From assembly GCA_002633005.1 (NCBI GenBank), contig NMRA01000236.1, forward strand, positions 345,532 to 409,531: a DNA stretch of 64,000 nucleotides, read 5' to 3'. Of the stretch, positions 62,478 to 64,000 are shown piece after piece. Source of the DNA: Phoronis australis. Its lineage: Eukaryota > Animalia > Phoronida. How positions within the stretch are numbered: position 1 is the stretch's first letter; every line of letters starts with the position of its first letter. Both the position numbers and the translations under genes were made by a program. A model generated the notes under the pieces. That model was given only the letters and a program-made list of their open reading frames with translations. It had not been told where the DNA came from and ran no database searches.

Positions 62478-64000
62478 TATTTGTGTTATTTCAACAGGAT
62501 CTTTAAAAGAAGCAGTGCATTTTCGTAGTGTATAGGCAGATATAAATGACCATACTAAGTGTTATTGGGCAATACTAACATCAGTTGTATTGACCAATTA
62601 GTATTTTAATTATTGCAGGAACTACTTTCATATTGTTGTTGATTTCTTGTGAGAGACTTTTATACTATCAATCAGTCCGAAATTCAATGTCTATGATTCA
62701 GTGATGATTTAGCCTCATACATTTCTTCCTAGGAAATGTTTGTAATGTTGATTTCTCTAAAATAACATGTTATATCTTTTTGTATGAACAATTTTGAGGT
62801 ATGTGTGATAAAAGATTAATATTATTATAGAAATGCTATAATATTGTTGTTGATTTCCTGTGTAATCACTACAATGTGTCTTGATGTGACGTTAAAGGCA
62901 TCATGTTGACTACGTTTTGAGAAAATCACAATATAGTAGGTGCATTATAACTATCTCACTCTTTTTCAATGTCATATGAACTGGAGATCATGAACTGAAG
63001 ATGCACGGTGAACTCAGGACCACACGAGTGACACAGGTCAATCTGTTCAGTCTCTGTATCAATCTGATAGCCCAACAGTTTACACAACTTCTGGCATTTT
63101 TTTAATTTCCAGACGTTGATGAAAGGGAATTTTTGAATCATCTCATAAATGGTGCTGCAGCACTCCTCTCTCTCCCCGTGGGCAAGCTCATCACTATTCT
63201 TTGATTTCACTGGCTATGTGTGTTTTCCTTTTGCTGTCACAACTTTGCAAGAAGATTCTACACTCGCATTCATCTGCAGCAACAATATGTTTACCGCTGG
63301 CTGACACGCCACATGGAACAACTCCTGGGCGAGTCTTAGTTTAGAACCCCTTGTTCCCCAGTGGTTTCGTCTAAAGTAGATGTCTGTATTTCAAAACCCT
63401 GGCAGGGTGTACCTTCACGTCATGGGTAACATGTTCGTTGAAGCTCGCCTCACAATAATACCAGTGAACTTGTTTCCTGAAATGAAAATAAATCCATTCG
63501 TGAAAATATCTACAACTAAAATAGTATGCTTGATGTACACGTAGTGCTCATGGCGATTTAATGGTACATATAATATGCTATACTATTATTTAGTTTGACG
63601 CAAAATGTGATTAATTCATTGCACCAAACACTTATTTTGTAACCGTTTCACGTTTTTTAATTCATAAGTAAAAAGTTCAATGTCGTTCGACACACCACGA
63701 TGCGTTCCCGATTGCATAAACAAAACACAAATTTGCCTTCTCGATCGCTTCCTTCAATAGAAAAGTGTCGAAAATTCAGGGATCCTGACAAAACTACGAA
63801 AAACGCGTCATTTCTTCATAACTTCATGGTCAGTTTCGGATATAGTGCCGAAAATAACCGCAATTTGCCAAAATGACATACAAACCACTTTCGACTAATG
63901 CGATGCCTCGGTGAACGAGACACTAGCCCAAACCTCTACCTGTCCTTCCTCAATGTGTTACGCCTTGAACTCGTGTCTCTGCTTTCACATTGGAATTGAA

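Larger units (their letters stand above)
60163..64000. mobile_element. CAC-terminated TIR element, copy B (inverted relative to copy A, runs off the window)
   Basis: Begins caccccggccaacc. Colinear with the reverse complement of 58707 down to ~55515. Confidence 0.88.

Overview
AT-rich, intron-containing metazoan DNA, probably a marine invertebrate (taxon not determinable here). Five host genes were assembled by hand from GT-AG exons: a CD20/MS4A-like 4-TM gene (minus, 454-4705, ends unresolved), an intronless orphan ORF with a C-terminal TM (7949-8914), IFTAP/C11orf74(NWC) (minus) head-to-head with LIN-7 (plus) with ATGs about 480 bp apart, and a 22-kb secreted ShKT-CAP(SCP)-EGF-ShKT gene (25963-48202). 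The rest is mostly transposable elements: a young 5'-truncated L1/Tx1, an RTEX-like LINE, a Helentron/HINE-like element with a 7x amplified 5' end, a THAP Kolobok derivative, several hAT-type elements and MITEs with 5-bp TSDs, fold-back palindromes, and two inverted copies of an unclassified CAC-terminated element carrying two convergent decayed genes. All gene and family assignments come from my recall of motifs, not database searches. I see no clearly new biological system. The best leads are the CAC element, the IFTAP/LIN-7 bidirectional pair and the MS4A-like protein with a very large glycosylated loop.
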